A DNA stretch of 64,000 nucleotides, from NCBI RefSeq assembly GCF_009914755.1, contig NC_060948.1, one strand, 5' to 3'. Below the pieces are notes generated by a model that did no database searches, was not told the DNA's origin, and worked only from the letters and a program-made list of their open reading frames with translations. Position 1 is the stretch's first letter. The number at the start of each line of letters is the position of its first letter. A program made the position numbers and the translations under genes. Positions 1-17,410 of the stretch are shown here, one piece after another. Origin of the DNA: the human T2T-CHM13v2.0 reference genome, Homo sapiens.

Positions 1-488
1 TTAACACAAGACCATTGTGTACTGTGTTGTTTGTTTATGGCATTAATATACCTTGCTGAATGATCACTACCTGTTGACCTGCCTCCTTGCCTCCTCATAG
101 AATGTAATGGAACCAAAAAAAAAAAAAAAACATTTTTAATCAAGCATATCTTCTAAAGTCAACCTGAGCCTTCCCAGTGTGGATTTCATCTTTGACCAAA
201 TTTTTCTAACCAACGTAGAGGACAGCAAGCGGGGGAACCAAGGAGATCAATCTCTGCCTCCTGTATTTTCGTGAAGTTAGAGCACCAATCTCTTTAACTG
301 CTGTTCAGAGATATCCAAAATGCCACAGAAAGCCCAGAAGTAGTTTGTTTGTAGAGAAAGATACTTATCGTGACCAAGGGTAAGGAAGAGTTCTCTTCGC
401 AGAACATGCAATTTAAAGGCTAGTTTGGTGCTTGATACACAGAGGACAATCACTCAATAAATGCTATTGGCTGACAAATAACCTGAAA

Positions 489-582
489 AGCTGCCTGAAT
501 GCTCCTGGAATTAATGCATTCTTATCCCCCTTCAGAGCTGCCTGAATGCTCCTGGAATTAATGAATTCTTATCCCCCTTCAG
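489..582. repeat. 47-bp tandem duplication, 2 copies
   Basis: agctgcctgaatgctcctggaattaatg(c/a)attcttatcccccttcag at 489-535 and 536-582, one mismatch. Confidence 0.95.
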
Positions 583-1107
583 CCTGTTTTTATGTTGGCA
601 TTTGAAGCATCATCTTCAGGCCTGTTTTAGATAAGTCATTTTGGATTCTTCTAGATCTTTAAGATGCCTTTTAATTTCATGGACCTTAAAGATTTGGGGT
701 CAGACCACCAAAGATGATGAATGTGAATGGAGGAGCCATGGCTTCTACGATTTTAAATAACCTTTCTTCAAACTGGGTTGATAGTCACTGAGTACACAGA
801 GAACTAAGCCATCTTTCTCCTAGTTGCAACTGATGTTCTGGATGCCCTGGTATATAGAAGATTCCAGAAAGCACAGAGTGATGGCCATTTCCTCTTCCCA
901 TAGGTGCCTCCACCTCCAGTCTTGACCTGTCATCTAATTTGTAGATGTATTGTGCGGTGTCACCAGAAAAGCAACATTACAGCGACTTCCCCTCTTTTGC
1001 ATGTTAAGGTGAATTCTGTGTTTGTGACCTTTCTTGGATGTATGAAAATGGGGTAATAAGTGACAGGAGGGATGTTAAAAGGCAGCAAAGTGGGCTGAGT
1101 TTATTTA

Positions 1108-1551
<444 letters not shown>

Positions 1552-2124
1552 TCAGATAAAGGAGGAAAAAACTACAAGAGTAACTGTCATGTTCATGAGT
1601 TGCTGAGAAAGACAGGCAAGTGGGAAAAAGATTTTAATAAGCTTGCTCCATATTGAGAATGATCTAGGGAATTTTTCATAGTATTAAAATTGCTTTTCAA
1701 AAATCGCTGCTGAATGTCAGGTTGCTGCTCTTGCGAATGCCACACTGTGCTAAGCCTGGGCCATGAGGGAGCTCAGCTTTATAGGAATTAGAGAGGCTGT
1801 CACAGTTTCACCCAGTTCTACTCTACCAGCTAGAAATGTATATAAATGCATCATGTTGTTTTACTTGTCTCAACATTGCTTGATAAGAATTTCCTCCTTA
1901 AAACATAGCTCCACAGAATCTGAGAGCTGGGTAGGACTTCAGAGTCAATCAAAGCAGTCTGAATGCTCAACCCTAATGAACTTAATTTAAAAAAAGAAAA
2001 AGTAAAACCTTTTGTGATTTCTAAAGATTTTATTAATTTTAGAACTTGGGATATACTTGATATAGTTCGTTTTATAATAGACTATTTAAATTCTCAAACT
2101 CTCAAGTTATTGATAAACTTTTTT

Positions 2125-4880
<2,756 letters not shown>

Positions 4881-6405
4881 GATCCATTCATTTTCTTATT
4901 CATAAATATTTGTCCAGGGCCTCCTAGGTACAAGGTTCTATACCCTAAGGATATAGTAGTAAATAAGTTCCCACCCTCGGAAGGCTAACATTTTTGCCAA
5001 CTTTCAGGGTTTTGTTTCGATACCTGAAACTTGAATATTTAGTTTATTTCTGCCCTTCCCCACGTTAACTTAAGATTTAATAACAACAAAACAAGTATAA
5101 GATAAGGACATAGATAAATTTAGTATTCTGATTCCCATGGGTTCCTTTTAGGATTTAGCATAAAATGAACTCTCTTACTCTTTCTTTCTCTTTTTCCTCT
5201 CTTCCCACCCCACATATACTCATTTTCTTTTTCCCTCTCTCTCCCTCTCGCTCTCTCTCTCCTTCCTAATTCCAAGCTCTACCTCCTGATCACTGCCTTG
5301 CCTCCTTGTTGACACTCTTGCAATCTAATACAGGATTTTTTAAAATATATAAGTACCTTACCTAAAATAATCCCTGCTACTGTGTAAACTAGCAAATGTG
5401 TCATCTTCCTTAGACTTCTCAGTCTTTGAGAAGTGATAAGGATTGCAGGTTCTACGGCATAGGGGAAGCATTCTTGGGTGTGTGTGGAGTGTAGAGGGGT
5501 TGCTTTATCACTCTAATCACAGCATCTTGACAGTTTCTACTACAGGCAGGACTTGTTCTGACCTTCCTTATACAGCTTTCCCCCGGGGTTATAAGAATGT
5601 TTGCATTCAGAACAAGATGTCTGTATCTCTGCCACAGATTCTGGAGATGGTCGATGCTCCCTGAGATTGCTGAGGATGAGAGGAACCCTTCAAACTGCAT
5701 CCCCAGCAAAAGAACATGATTTTTCCCCATATAAGACACAGCAGAGAATTCAACCCCAGACAGCCACAGGGTCCCCTCTGACAGGCTGATTTAATACTCA
5801 AGGAAGATTCTTCTAGACAGTCTTATCATCAGTGCCTGAGAACAGACGCTTTAGAAGCCGACTCTAAGGAAGAAGCAAATCTCTACAGAATGGACCACTC
5901 ACTGTTCTAGTAATCACAACTATAGAACCAGTACAATTCCTTCTCTGGTAATACATTCATTCACAGCCTTCAACAAACATTTGGTGACCGCTTACCCTAT
6001 ATCCAGGACTGTGTCAAATAATTATGAAGCTAAGTAAGAAAAGACTCTATTCTCCAAGAGTCTGAACTCAGTGGGGAACTCCCAGTCCAGTGTAGTATAG
6101 AGGACAAGGTACTCGCTCCCAGTTTAAGCTCCTCATGCTACCAGAGGACCTGGACAAAAAAACCTTATGATGGCCTGAGGTTATGTGTTACATTTAAAGT
6201 TTCAATACAATGTAATTAACACCATAATATAAACAGGAATATTTCAGCAAGCGTCTACGCATCCCAGAATTACAAAATAAAGTGAATAAATGTCTATGAG
6301 CACTTCTTTGTGCCAGGGACTATGCCAAGTGTTAAAACATGACATTGAATAAGACACAATCCTTTCCCTTTGAAAGGGATACATTTAGTTCAGTAACTCA
6401 AATAA

Positions 6406-6922
<517 letters not shown>

Positions 6923-7329
6923 TAGAAAGATACCTTTCCTGGACCTTGGTATCACAAACCATTTAATATCTTTAATAAGGCAGAAAGCAATGTAAAATAA
7001 AATCCCCTCTAGGTCAAAACACATACTTAGCATAGATTTGTGTGGGTTTTTTTTTTTCTGATTTCCACTATTAGTTACAACATTTGCCTTGTGCCCACTC
7101 TGTAGCAATTGTACAGCAGAGCTGAGGACTTTCATAAGAGGAAGGGAAACATCCCAGTGATGAGGTCCCAGCCTTGGAGCAGCCCTGGATCCTGCTCCGG
7201 GAGTTTATGGTCTAGGATGGGAGTGAAGACACAGCTACAATATTTTAGGTAAAAAGTGAAGTCCTGATTAAACCCTGTTAGGGCAGGAAACTAACAAAGG
7301 AAGAAATAAGGTATGACCCAAACCATATT

Positions 7330-7643
7330 TTTTGTCTTTTTTCTTTTCTTGTCTTTTCTATTTTTTTGAGTCAGAGTCTTACTCTGTCACCCAGGCTGGA
7401 GTGTGCAATGGTGCAGTCATAACTCACTGCAGCCCTGAACTCCTGAGATCAAATGATCTCAGCCTCCCGAGTAGCTAGGAGTATAGGCGTCCACCAACAT
7501 GCCCAGCTAATGTTTATATCTTTTGCAGAGACAGGGTCTCACTATGTTGCCCAGGCTGGTCTCAAACTACTAGCCTTAAGCAATCCCCCTGCCTTGGCCT
7601 CCCAAAGTACTGGGATTACAGGCATCAGCCCTGTGCCTGGCCC
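7330..7643 (-). mobile_element. Alu (AluJ-type)
   Basis: antisense Alu with J-type ctcactatgttgcccaggctgg, decayed T tail. Confidence 0.9.
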
Positions 7644-8009
7644 CCTATGATTAGAATATGTTTATTCATGTATTCTTATTAGTTGAGAACCCCATCTCCT
7701 ATGTCAGAAGGCTACCCGATAAAAAGAAGATACTAAGACATACAAGATAAGCTACCAGGGATAGATACACAAGTTCTTCGGGGTGCTGGAAGGATTGTCC
7801 ATCTGGGCTCAAGCCAAGCACAAGCTTGGCAAAGAGAGATTGAGAAAGGTATCTGGACCAGAAACCACATCCTCTTAAGGTGGTAGTTCACCATTTAGGT
7901 GAAACTAGAGGGGAAAATGTCAACAATGCTAATGAACATTTCAAATGTACAAAGTGCTACTGCTCACCACCCTCCCTTGCTCAATCCCACACACCCCTCT
8001 CCCCAGCCA

Positions 8010-8385
8010 CACTGGGACCTTCTGGCTCCTGGATGTGACTAGGTTCTACTTCAGGGTCTCCACATATGCTGGACCCTCAAGTGGAATATTCTTTCCCCTT
8101 CTCTCCCTTGGGTAATGGCTACTCATTTTTCAGACGTTAGTTTAAATGCAACTTTTCAAAGCTCCTTTCTCTGAGTCTTCATTCTACAAAAAAATGGTTC
8201 TGTTGGCCTCTCTCATGTAAGCAAACTTTACATACATTTGCTTCAGAGCATTTTTCGCAGTCTGTGGTTATATTTTTGTATTTAGATTTTAATCTGTCCC
8301 CACTACTAGACTACCTAAATGAGGGTGAGAATCACATCTGTTCACCACTGTATACCCAGTGCCTACCACATAGTAAGGTGTAAAA
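8010..8385 (+). mobile_element. LINE-2 3' fragment
   Basis: ...tgttcaccactgtatacccagtgcctaccacatagtaagg, typical L2 3' end; heavily diverged. Confidence 0.6.
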
Positions 8386-8781
8386 AGTTACATGATGCTA
8401 AATGGATTTCAAGTGCAAGAGAGATTTTCATAGGTCAGAGCTAAGACCAATGGAAATAAGACTGTACCAACACTATAAAAAAGAAATTCTTATTTCCTTA
8501 TTAGCATCATAATCAATATATTTGTAATATAAATTAATTATAATGTATTTCTAAATTATATGCCCTAATCATTATGCTAAGTAAGGATCTTGCCATGTCA
8601 ATACATAATGAGATCTCAGACACCAACAGGATTTGAGAGGAAGCAAGGTGATCCCCTTGATTCCGAAAACAAGAGGGTGTTGGGCATTGCCGTGTATTAA
8701 CTACTTTGCTAGATGTTGAAGATACAAAAATAAATAAGAAAATATTGATGATCCCAAGGAGCTCCTCTTTCATCATCATTC

Positions 8782-9089
8782 TTTTTTTGGTGTTCTTTTG
8801 TTTTGTTTTGAGATGTAGTTTCACTCTTGTTGCCCAGGCTGGAGTACAATGGTGTGATCTCAACTCACCACAACCCCCACCTCCCAGGTTCAAGTGATTC
8901 TCCTGCCTCAGCCTTCTGAGTAGCTGGGATTACAGGCATGCGCCACCATGCCTGGATAATTTTGTATTTTTAGTAGAGACGGGTTTTCTCCATGTTGGTC
9001 AGGCTAGTCTTGAACTCCTGACCTCAGGTAATCCACCACCTCTGCCTCCCAAAGTGCTGGGATTACAGGTGTGAGCCACCGCACCTGGC
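8782..9089 (-). mobile_element. Alu (AluS)
   Basis: antisense Alu; TSD-like atcattctt on both sides. Confidence 0.95.
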
Positions 9090-9435
9090 TGGTGATCATT
9101 CTTAAAGAAAGCATTTAGACTAGAAGATCTATAATAATCCAGACAGAAATTTGTTGATCAGGTTATAGAGGTCACCTAGCAAACACCATTGGGACTGACC
9201 TGCAGACAGGTCCACTGTGATGGGCAATGAGAACCTTCAAACAGCATCTTCTTGGCTCCCCCATGCCTGTCCAGCAACAGCACTTTAGGTGTTATGAGTT
9301 GATAGATGATCTCTGAATTGAATAAAAGGCATGCATCTGGAAGTAGATGGCCCCAGATAAAGCAATTCTGTGAGGAGACCTCAGAGATGCAAAACAGTCC
9401 TTGCCTTCCCCATGAAGAGAGGGTTCCAGAAAGAA

Positions 9436-9838
9436 TATATTAGTATGCAGGGGCTGTTATAACAAAGCACCACAGCCTGGTGGACTTAAACAACAGACAT
9501 TTGTTTTCTCATTATTCTGGAAGGTAGAAGAGTGAGATCAAGGTGTTGGCAGGGTTGCTTTCTTCTGAGACCTCTCTCCTTGACTTGCAAAGGGTCATTT
9601 TTTTCCCTGTGTCTTCATATGGTCTTCCTTCTATAGGTATTCATGTCCTCATCTCCTCTTCTAAAAAGGATGCCAGTCATATTGAAATAAGGCCCCATCC
9701 TAATGCCTCACTTAACCTTAATTACCTCTTTGAAGACTGTGTCTCCAAATATAGTCGCATTATGAAATAATAACCCCTAGTAAGGGGTTGGGGCTTCAAT
9801 ATATGAATTTGTGGGGGAGCACAATTTAGCCCATATCA
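9436..9838 (-). mobile_element. MaLR solo LTR (MLT1A/B-like)
   Basis: tatattagt...gctgttataacaaagcaccacagcctggtggacttaaacaacag...cttcaatatatgaatttgtgggggagcacaatttagcccatatca, characteristic MLT1 ends. Confidence 0.8.
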
Positions 9839-10104
9839 GCAAAGAAGCAGAATATTGAAGTCAAATTGCCCGTATTTCACAATTTTCACTTTAAAATCAA
9901 CTTAGTCCCCTCTCCTTAGTCCTGTTCATATTAAAATGCCACCGTCCAGAAAAGAAAAACAAAAAAAACCTGATGCAGCAATGAGCTCATACTTACATTC
10001 ACTAGGAAGGTGGAACACATTAAGCCAGTAGCTCCCAACACCTGGCTCATCAAAAGAAGCTCTTAGGATGAATTTTTTTTAATCTAGATTACTGGGCCCC
10101 ATCA

Positions 10105-10603
10105 TGTTACCAAAATATCAGAGGTTCAGTCTAGGTCCTACTGCTTGTCACACAGAAAGCCAATCGATCACTAACACAATGAGTATTTCTAAGAAGAAGG
10201 CTTTAATCGGGTGCTGCAGCCAAGGAGATGGGAGATGAGTCTCAAATCCACCTCTTTGACTGATTAACATCAGGTATTTATATAGCAGGGAAGAAATGTA
10301 ACCATGCAGGAAAACAGGAAATAGGGAGAGGTAAGAAGAAGGAGTTGGTCAATAGGAAGCACGTAGTCAGTTAGGCAGTCATGAAGGGTGAGGGTTCTGT
10401 CATCTCATTGTCCAGATGCAGTGATCTGGTAAGCTTCAGTTCCTTGATACTATCTGAGAGGCTGAATAGTTGGTTTCCTGAGAAAGGAACTCAGATAAGA
10501 CAAATGCAACTTTCTCAAGTTTCAAGACTAGGAGTGTCAATTTCCATGTTTATTCAAAAGAAACCATAAAAATCAGCTTGATGGGACAACTGGGTCAGTT
10601 TCA
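10105..10603 (-). mobile_element. ERV1 solo LTR (MER66-like)
   Basis: TG...CA ends, 4-bp TSD atca/gtca; reverse complement aligns with the LTR at 14759-15459. Confidence 0.8.
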
Positions 10604-10618
10604 GTCATAAACCAATGA

Positions 10619-10920
10619 GGCCAGGCGCGGTGGCTCATGCCTGTAATCCCAGAACTTTGGGAGGCCGAGGCAGGCAGATCATCAGGTCAGGAGATAGAGA
10701 CCATCCTGGCTAACATGGTGAAACCCCATCTCTACTAAAAATACAAAAAATTAGCCGGGCGCAGTGGCAAGCACCTGTAGTCCCAGCTACTCAGGAGACT
10801 GAGGCAGGAGAATGGCATGAACCTGGGAGGTGGAGCTTGCAGTGAGCTGAGATAGTGCCACTGCAGTCTGGCCTGGGCGAAAGAGTGAGACTCTGTCTCA
10901 AAAAAAAAAAAAAAAAAAAA
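10619..10920 (+). mobile_element. AluY
   Basis: Y diagnostics (ccatcctggctaaca, gaatggcatgaacc); ~22-nt A tail; TSD aaaccaatga. Confidence 0.95.
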
Positions 10921-11721
10921 AACCAATGAATTAGAAATATCTAGTGAATCTGTATTTCTCTAAATCTCCTCAAATGTTTCTAGTAATTAGTAAGGTTTGA
11001 GAACCACTGCTTTTGACTTTCTGGCAAAACTAATAATTGTTTTCATGGAAAAAAAGTGTGTCTTGCCACTTCCATATTAATTCTCCCCCGTCCCCCTACC
11101 CCTGCTAAGGAAATTCTGCATATTATAAGTCATATATAAATATTTGGATTGAGCTTTACCAATAAGCTTGCAAATAAAGTTGAGGCTAAAACTTAAAGAA
11201 TTTACATGCATTCATCCAATCATTTATTAGAATCATTTAGCTACCAACTGTTGGTGAGTACTCACCACATGCCAGGCTGGATGCTAGGTGCTGGAGATGG
11301 TGTAGTGGACACAGTGTGGTCCCTGCCTTTGGTCCTGCTCTTGTATGTTTCTGTGTATAAAGTCTCCCACTTTCAGAGGAGGCAATGGGATTCTTCAGCT
11401 TCTGGCTGCTGTCTGAGGTTTAGACTCATCAAGGTGAGGAATGTATTTGTTGCCAGGCTGGAGTAGGGAGCTTCTCCTGAGGGTTGTGGCCCAATTGGAA
11501 AGCCAGCCACAAATCATGCTCAGATTGACAGTGCTCTTAAAAATAAATTATCTCCTGGTCTTATGCCACTGATGGTCTTGTCAAGAAGGACATTAATCCT
11601 ATTCTCCCTTAATCACATACCAGGGTTGCATACAAGCCAACTGAGACAAAAAAGGTACCTATACAGCTGGACATAGTAAACTGTTTAAATGACAGCCCTG
11701 GCTCAAACAACTTTTCCAGGA

Positions 11722-11747
11722 TGTGAGTGTGTGTGTGTGTGTGTGTA

Positions 11748-11784
<37 letters not shown>

Positions 11785-11800
11785 CAGAGAGAGAGAGAGA
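11722..11800. repeat. Compound (TG)n(AG)n microsatellite
   Basis: about 20 TG units followed directly by about 18 AG units. Confidence 0.97.
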
Positions 11801-14048
11801 TTGAGATTCTCACTGGCATTTGCAGATACATTTCCAACTCAGTACTAAGGGTAACAAATAGGCCTGGCCTGTTGGCTCAAGACTAATAGTAAGGACATGG
11901 CATTTAGCCGAGCTTAATTCCCCTGCTTGTTTTCTGGCTATTCAAAGATAGCTCCAGTGTCCAGACTGCAGCAGTCTTTGCTCCTCTGTTAAATACAATT
12001 GTGCCAATTGCCAAGGACACTAAGATATTCTTGATTCTTAAAGACACCAAGCAAGTGTGAAGGGGATGATGAAATACAAATTAGCTTCATCTAGGATATT
12101 GCTCTTTAGGCCGGCCTTCCTATTAGTTAGTTGGGAGAATGCAGATTGCCTTGTGGTTTGAGACCTGTTATTCAGTCCAGCTGGTGCCCAAATCAGGAGA
12201 TTCTTTGGGACTAAACAAATGAGACTTGCTCACTCTTATCTTGACCTCATGTTTATTCCTCAGCTCTTCCCTTGTCATGCAAAGTGGATCCTATTTTTCT
12301 AGGACTATATTCCAAACTGCATCTGCTTTAGAACCAAGTAAGTCTCTCGCATTCCCCCTCCACTCCTTGCAATAGTTTTCCTTGCCTCTCTAATGTGCAT
12401 ATCCCCTTCAATTACATGACTGGACCAGGAAAAATCTACTTAGCCTGAAGCCAATGACTCCAGATGATCATAAATAAACACCAGAAATGCTAAAGTTTTC
12501 CCTGCATTGGCCAAGAGCTCTTTATTTCTGCATGCTCGATGGAGCAGAGAAAAATGGATTAGAGCCTGGAAGAATGTGAGTGTAACTATTGTTCATTGAT
12601 GATCAGCTACTGCTGTGTTTTCAATAAAAGGGTGAGTCTCCTCTCTCTGACCCTAATTTGATTCAAATATTTTTACTCTCTAGATGAACAATTTGAGTGA
12701 ATGTCAGCTCCCATATCTGGGGAGAGAATTGGGGCCTGAGATAGATTAGGATATTCAGTTCTCAACTTACCCCAGCAAGTTCTGACAATACTGTACCATC
12801 AGACGTAAACCATTTTAAATTCCCACTTATTCTCTGCAGAACCTGACTCTCAAAGGTAAATTACAGGAATAAAGAGCCATCCACTGGAGGTAGGAAGTGG
12901 GAGATTAATAACAAATAGAGAGCATAAAGACTAGTTAAATTTATTTATTTTTAATCTAAGTGTTCCTTTTATTATCAGATGTGGAGCTCAGGAGAATAAG
13001 GAGGTCAAAAAGGTAGAGAGAATACACGTGGCTGAGATTATATAATGCCATTCTAACAAAGTAATAAAAGTGTCATAAACTCCCTGACATTTAATATCCT
13101 AAGGGACAGCTAGCAATCTCAAGGACTAAATAGCTTAGGAAATTTCCTTTAGAGATAAAGAGTGTGTCCTCAATCAAAGGGCTGTGGACTCAGTCACTCA
13201 TTCATATTTTAAGATGACATAGGATGATTTGCTTACAAATTGAGAAAACAAACCATATCTGCATGTGCCAGCTTCGAAGCAAAACTGGGAAAACAAATCT
13301 ACCTATACTGGCCATTTTAAATGCAATAAAAGCTTTCTGATTAAGGTTTGTGGATTTCCTTCCTTGTTTTCATCACAAAGAAAAGAGAAATGGAAAGGAG
13401 AGAAGAAAGGCAAAGCCCACTACTCTTTGAAATACAGATCATGATGCCCACAGAACCATATTTTTCTTGGATATGTACATTTTTATACAACTAAGCATTC
13501 CTGGATTTGGGCTCTTTTAGGAAATGTATCCAACAACCTGATCACTAGCCAGAAACCATAGAGTGAATGTTATAGAAGCTGACCCATATATTTCCAAGGT
13601 ACCTTTAAAATACATCTTTTTTAAAGATGATCAGTTCTTTTGGTGATTCACGTAGCTGGGCAATGGTCCAACTTCACTGTCTAATGTCTTTTTCCATGAA
13701 CAGTTTCTCAGCAGTGGTCAGATAAATAACATTGACCACTCAATGCTCCACTTTAGTTTAGGACATTGAAAGCCACAAGAGAATGTTACTACCACCTCTA
13801 CAACCAGAACAAGTGAAAAGGTCTTCAAGAGAATAACATTTTTCAGGTCCTCAGAGAGCTGAGATTATAAAGTAACACATTGAATTAAACTCATGCTACT
13901 CCAAAGAGAGAGGAACATACAACCTTTTCATTCGCAACTTGTAGGCCAAAAGCAGACATAATCTCCAAAGGGGGAAGAATCTGACAGGATTCATCAGCAT
14001 TTCAAAACTTCCTATCATGCTAAACCAATTTAAAAATGCCTATTAGAT

Positions 14049-14345
14049 GGCCAGGAACAACAGTTTATGCCTGTAATACTAGTACTTTGGAAGGCTGAGG
14101 CAGGAGAATCACTGGAGGCCAGGAGTTCAAGAACAGCCTGGGCAAGATAGCAGATCTGTCTCTACAAATAATAATAAAAAAAAATTAGCCAGGTGTGGTG
14201 ATGTATGCCTACAGTCCTAGCTACTCAGAAGGCTGAGGTAGGAGGATCCCTTGAGTCTAGGAGTTTGAGGTTACAGTGAACTATGATTGTGCCACTGCAC
14301 TCCAGCCTTGGTGACAGAGAGAGACTTTGTCTCTAAAATAAAAAA
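14049..14345 (+). mobile_element. Alu (AluJ-type)
   Basis: diverged Alu dimer, gttacagtgaactatgattgtgccactgcac. Confidence 0.9.
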
Positions 14346-14758
14346 TTTAAAACCCTGTAAGTCACTTAATGATTATTCACAAATAATTAATAATAATGAC
14401 TAGTGTTTAGCATGTGATATGCTCAACTTCATATACCTTCTAACTCTTGAATCAAATACTGCCATTGAAAAAATTTTTAATAGATAAATAACCCAAGGCT
14501 TAGCAGAAGTGAAATAATTTGCTCAGAAACTATTTTACAAAGCTTTTAGCCCAGACCAGGATACTCTTCCACTGCTGTTTGTGATCTGAATGAAAATCAG
14601 GAGGTGCTTACATTGCTAAAATTTTCTGAATATCTGAGGCAGATTTTCTTTAAGTCCCAAGGCATCATTGTGACATTCCCAGGGAAATGCAAAAACCTGA
14701 AGTTTTAAAACATATGCATACTTTCAATTTAACTGCCCCAAATCATCTGAGTTGATTA

Positions 14759-15459
14759 TGAAACCAGCCCAATATCCCCATAGAACTGAAGTTTATGGGT
14801 TAAAAAAAATAAACATAGAAATAGACCCCTCTGGTCTTAAAACCTGAGAAACTTACATTTGTCTTATCTGAGTTCCTTTCTTAGGAAACCCACCATCAGG
14901 CCTCCCAGATAGTATCAAAGAACTGAAATTTATTAGATCACTGCATCTGGACAATGAGATGCCAGACCCCTCCCTAATTCCTGTTCACCTACACATAGTT
15001 CCTGTTGACCAAATCCTCTTCCTTACCCCTCTCTAATTCTGTTCTTCTACATGCAGTTAAATTCCTTCACTGCTGTATAAACCCCTAATTTTAGTCAGTT
15101 GTAGAGATGGATTTGAAACTGATTTCCCATCTTTTTGGCTGCAGCAATCAATTAAAGTATTTTCCTTGGCAATATTCATTGTCTCCATGATTGGCTTTCT
15201 TCATTATTATTTTAATCTATTCATTTATTTATTTTGAGGCTGGGCTATGAGACTGGCTGATTTTTGTATTTTTAGTGGAGACAGGGTTTCACCATATTGC
15301 TCAGGCTGGTCTTGAACTCCCGGGCTAAAGCGATTCACCTGCCTCAGCCACCCAAAGTGCTGGGATTAAAGGTGTGAGCCACTGCACTTGGCCCCAGTGA
15401 TTGGCTTTCTGTGCAAAGAGCAATAGGACCTAGATCGAACCCCTGACCTTTTGCTAACA
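14759..15459 (+). mobile_element. ERV1 solo LTR (MER66-like), interrupted by a short Alu
   Basis: tgaaaccagcccaatatccc...ttgctaaca; TSD atta/gtta; TATA-like tataaa and attaaa polyA-like signal; homologous to 10105-10603. Confidence 0.8.
15201..15393 (-). mobile_element. Short Alu: left arm plus linker, right arm almost entirely missing
   Basis: reverse complement reads ggccaagtgcagtggctcacacc...aaaatacaaaaatcagccagtctcatagcccagcctc + A-rich tail; TSD cca(g)tgattggctttct. Confidence 0.9.
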
Positions 15460-15896
15460 GTTATTTAAATTCTCAAAGGAATTGTGCAGGGAAATTAAAG
15501 ATATGCAAAGACTAAATGTTGCTTGAAATAAATATTTAGATGCCTAAGCCCCTCACTGCATAATCACTCTTGACTTTTTTTTCCTTAGGTGGTATATATA
15601 TGAAATTATTATAAAATATATTATAAAAATTAGAATTTAAAATGTAAATATTCATTCCATGCATGCTTTGTTCAGGAATGTTACAATGATTTAAAACTAG
15701 AATAATCTACATCATCAATAGTATTTAACATGCTACTTATAAAGGCTTAATATTTAGAATTCAACCCAATTTCTATTTCAACATGGTAGACTGAGGTGGT
15801 ATCACTTGCTCTTCTCATTTAAACAAGCTGTAAGAAAGGCTGTTCAAAGGGGAAAACTTACTTCCTAACAGATAAAAGAGTCTTCTGTGTCTCAAC

Positions 15897-16188
15897 CAGC
15901 CATAGTGGCGGCTCATGCCTGTAATCCCAGCACTTTGGGAGGCTGAGGCATGGATTACCTGAGGTCAGGAGTTCGAGAACAGACTGACTAATGTGGTGAA
16001 ACCCTGTCTCTACTAAAAATGCAAAAATTAGCCAGGCATGGTGGCATGCCCCTGTAATCCCAGCTACTCAGGAGGCTGAAGTGGCAGAATTGCTTGAACC
16101 CAGGAGACTGAGGCGGCAGTGAACTCAGATCACATCACTACACTCCAGCCTGGGCAACGGTGCAAGATCCTGTCTCAAAAAAAAAAAA
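15897..16188 (+). mobile_element. Alu (AluS)
   Basis: full dimer with A tail. Confidence 0.95.
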
Positions 16189-16282
16189 GTATTCTGTGTC
16201 TCTTTGAAACTCTTTGTGGCTACATATTTCCATTAGTTTCATAACAGTTTCCCATTCTTCGCTGAGAAGCACGGGCTCAGAG

Positions 16283-16770
16283 TGTGACCACACCAGACCA
16301 ATCTGGCTCAGCTTTCATGTCACAATGTTGTAGTTGCTTTTCAGTTGCCATAAAGCACAGATTGAAGGTCACATAAGCTGAGCATGCCCAGATGAACCAA
16401 GTGTGCAACCACAGGGGGAAACCTAAGAGCTCAGACTGAGGGGAAGGGACTGAATTAAGAAGTGGATACAACATGGTAGGATCCAGGGTCTACTTAGATC
16501 AAGCTCTGGCATCACCCCATGACAGGTTCCAGGCAGATCCTACCTCCCAGCATCATCTCAAATCTCATTGCAAGATCCAATCAGATCACATCTCATCACC
16601 TTATGCTTATAAACCCAACCCAAACCCCAGCACAGGGAGACAGATTTGAGTATTTCCTCCTGTCTGCTTGCCAGGTGAGTCACAATAAAGCTTTTCTTTT
16701 CTCAAAAGCTGGTCCAATGGTATTAGCCTCTCTGCACCTTGGACAGTGAGCTCATGATTACTCAGTAATG
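16283..16770 (+). mobile_element. Solo LTR (LTR47-like)
   Basis: tgtgaccacaccagaccaatctgg...; CCAAT, tataaa and aataaa in LTR order; TSD agag/agag. Confidence 0.75.
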
Positions 16771-16887
16771 AGAGGACTTAACTAAGAGTTACTCAGAACA
16801 TGAGCCATCCCTGCCATGAACTACCTAGAAAGATGATGTTGATGGCAATGATGATGATGATGGATAATTGTGAAATAGTCACTAAGT

Positions 16888-17410
<523 letters not shown>

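Larger units (their letters stand above)
10025..11010. mobile_element. MER5A-like hAT DNA transposon split by an LTR and an AluY
   Basis: left cagtagctcccaac...ctgggcccc; right gaatctgtattt...aaggtttgagaaccactg (MER5 terminal repeat). Confidence 0.65.

Noticed and set aside
15201-15393. BC200 (BCYRN1) retrocopy
   Set aside because: Lacks BC200-specific 5' changes and the C-rich unique 3' domain; has the standard Alu linker
10105-15459. Two homologous LTRs as a full provirus
   Set aside because: Inverted orientation, separate TSDs, no gag/pol/env or primer-binding site between them
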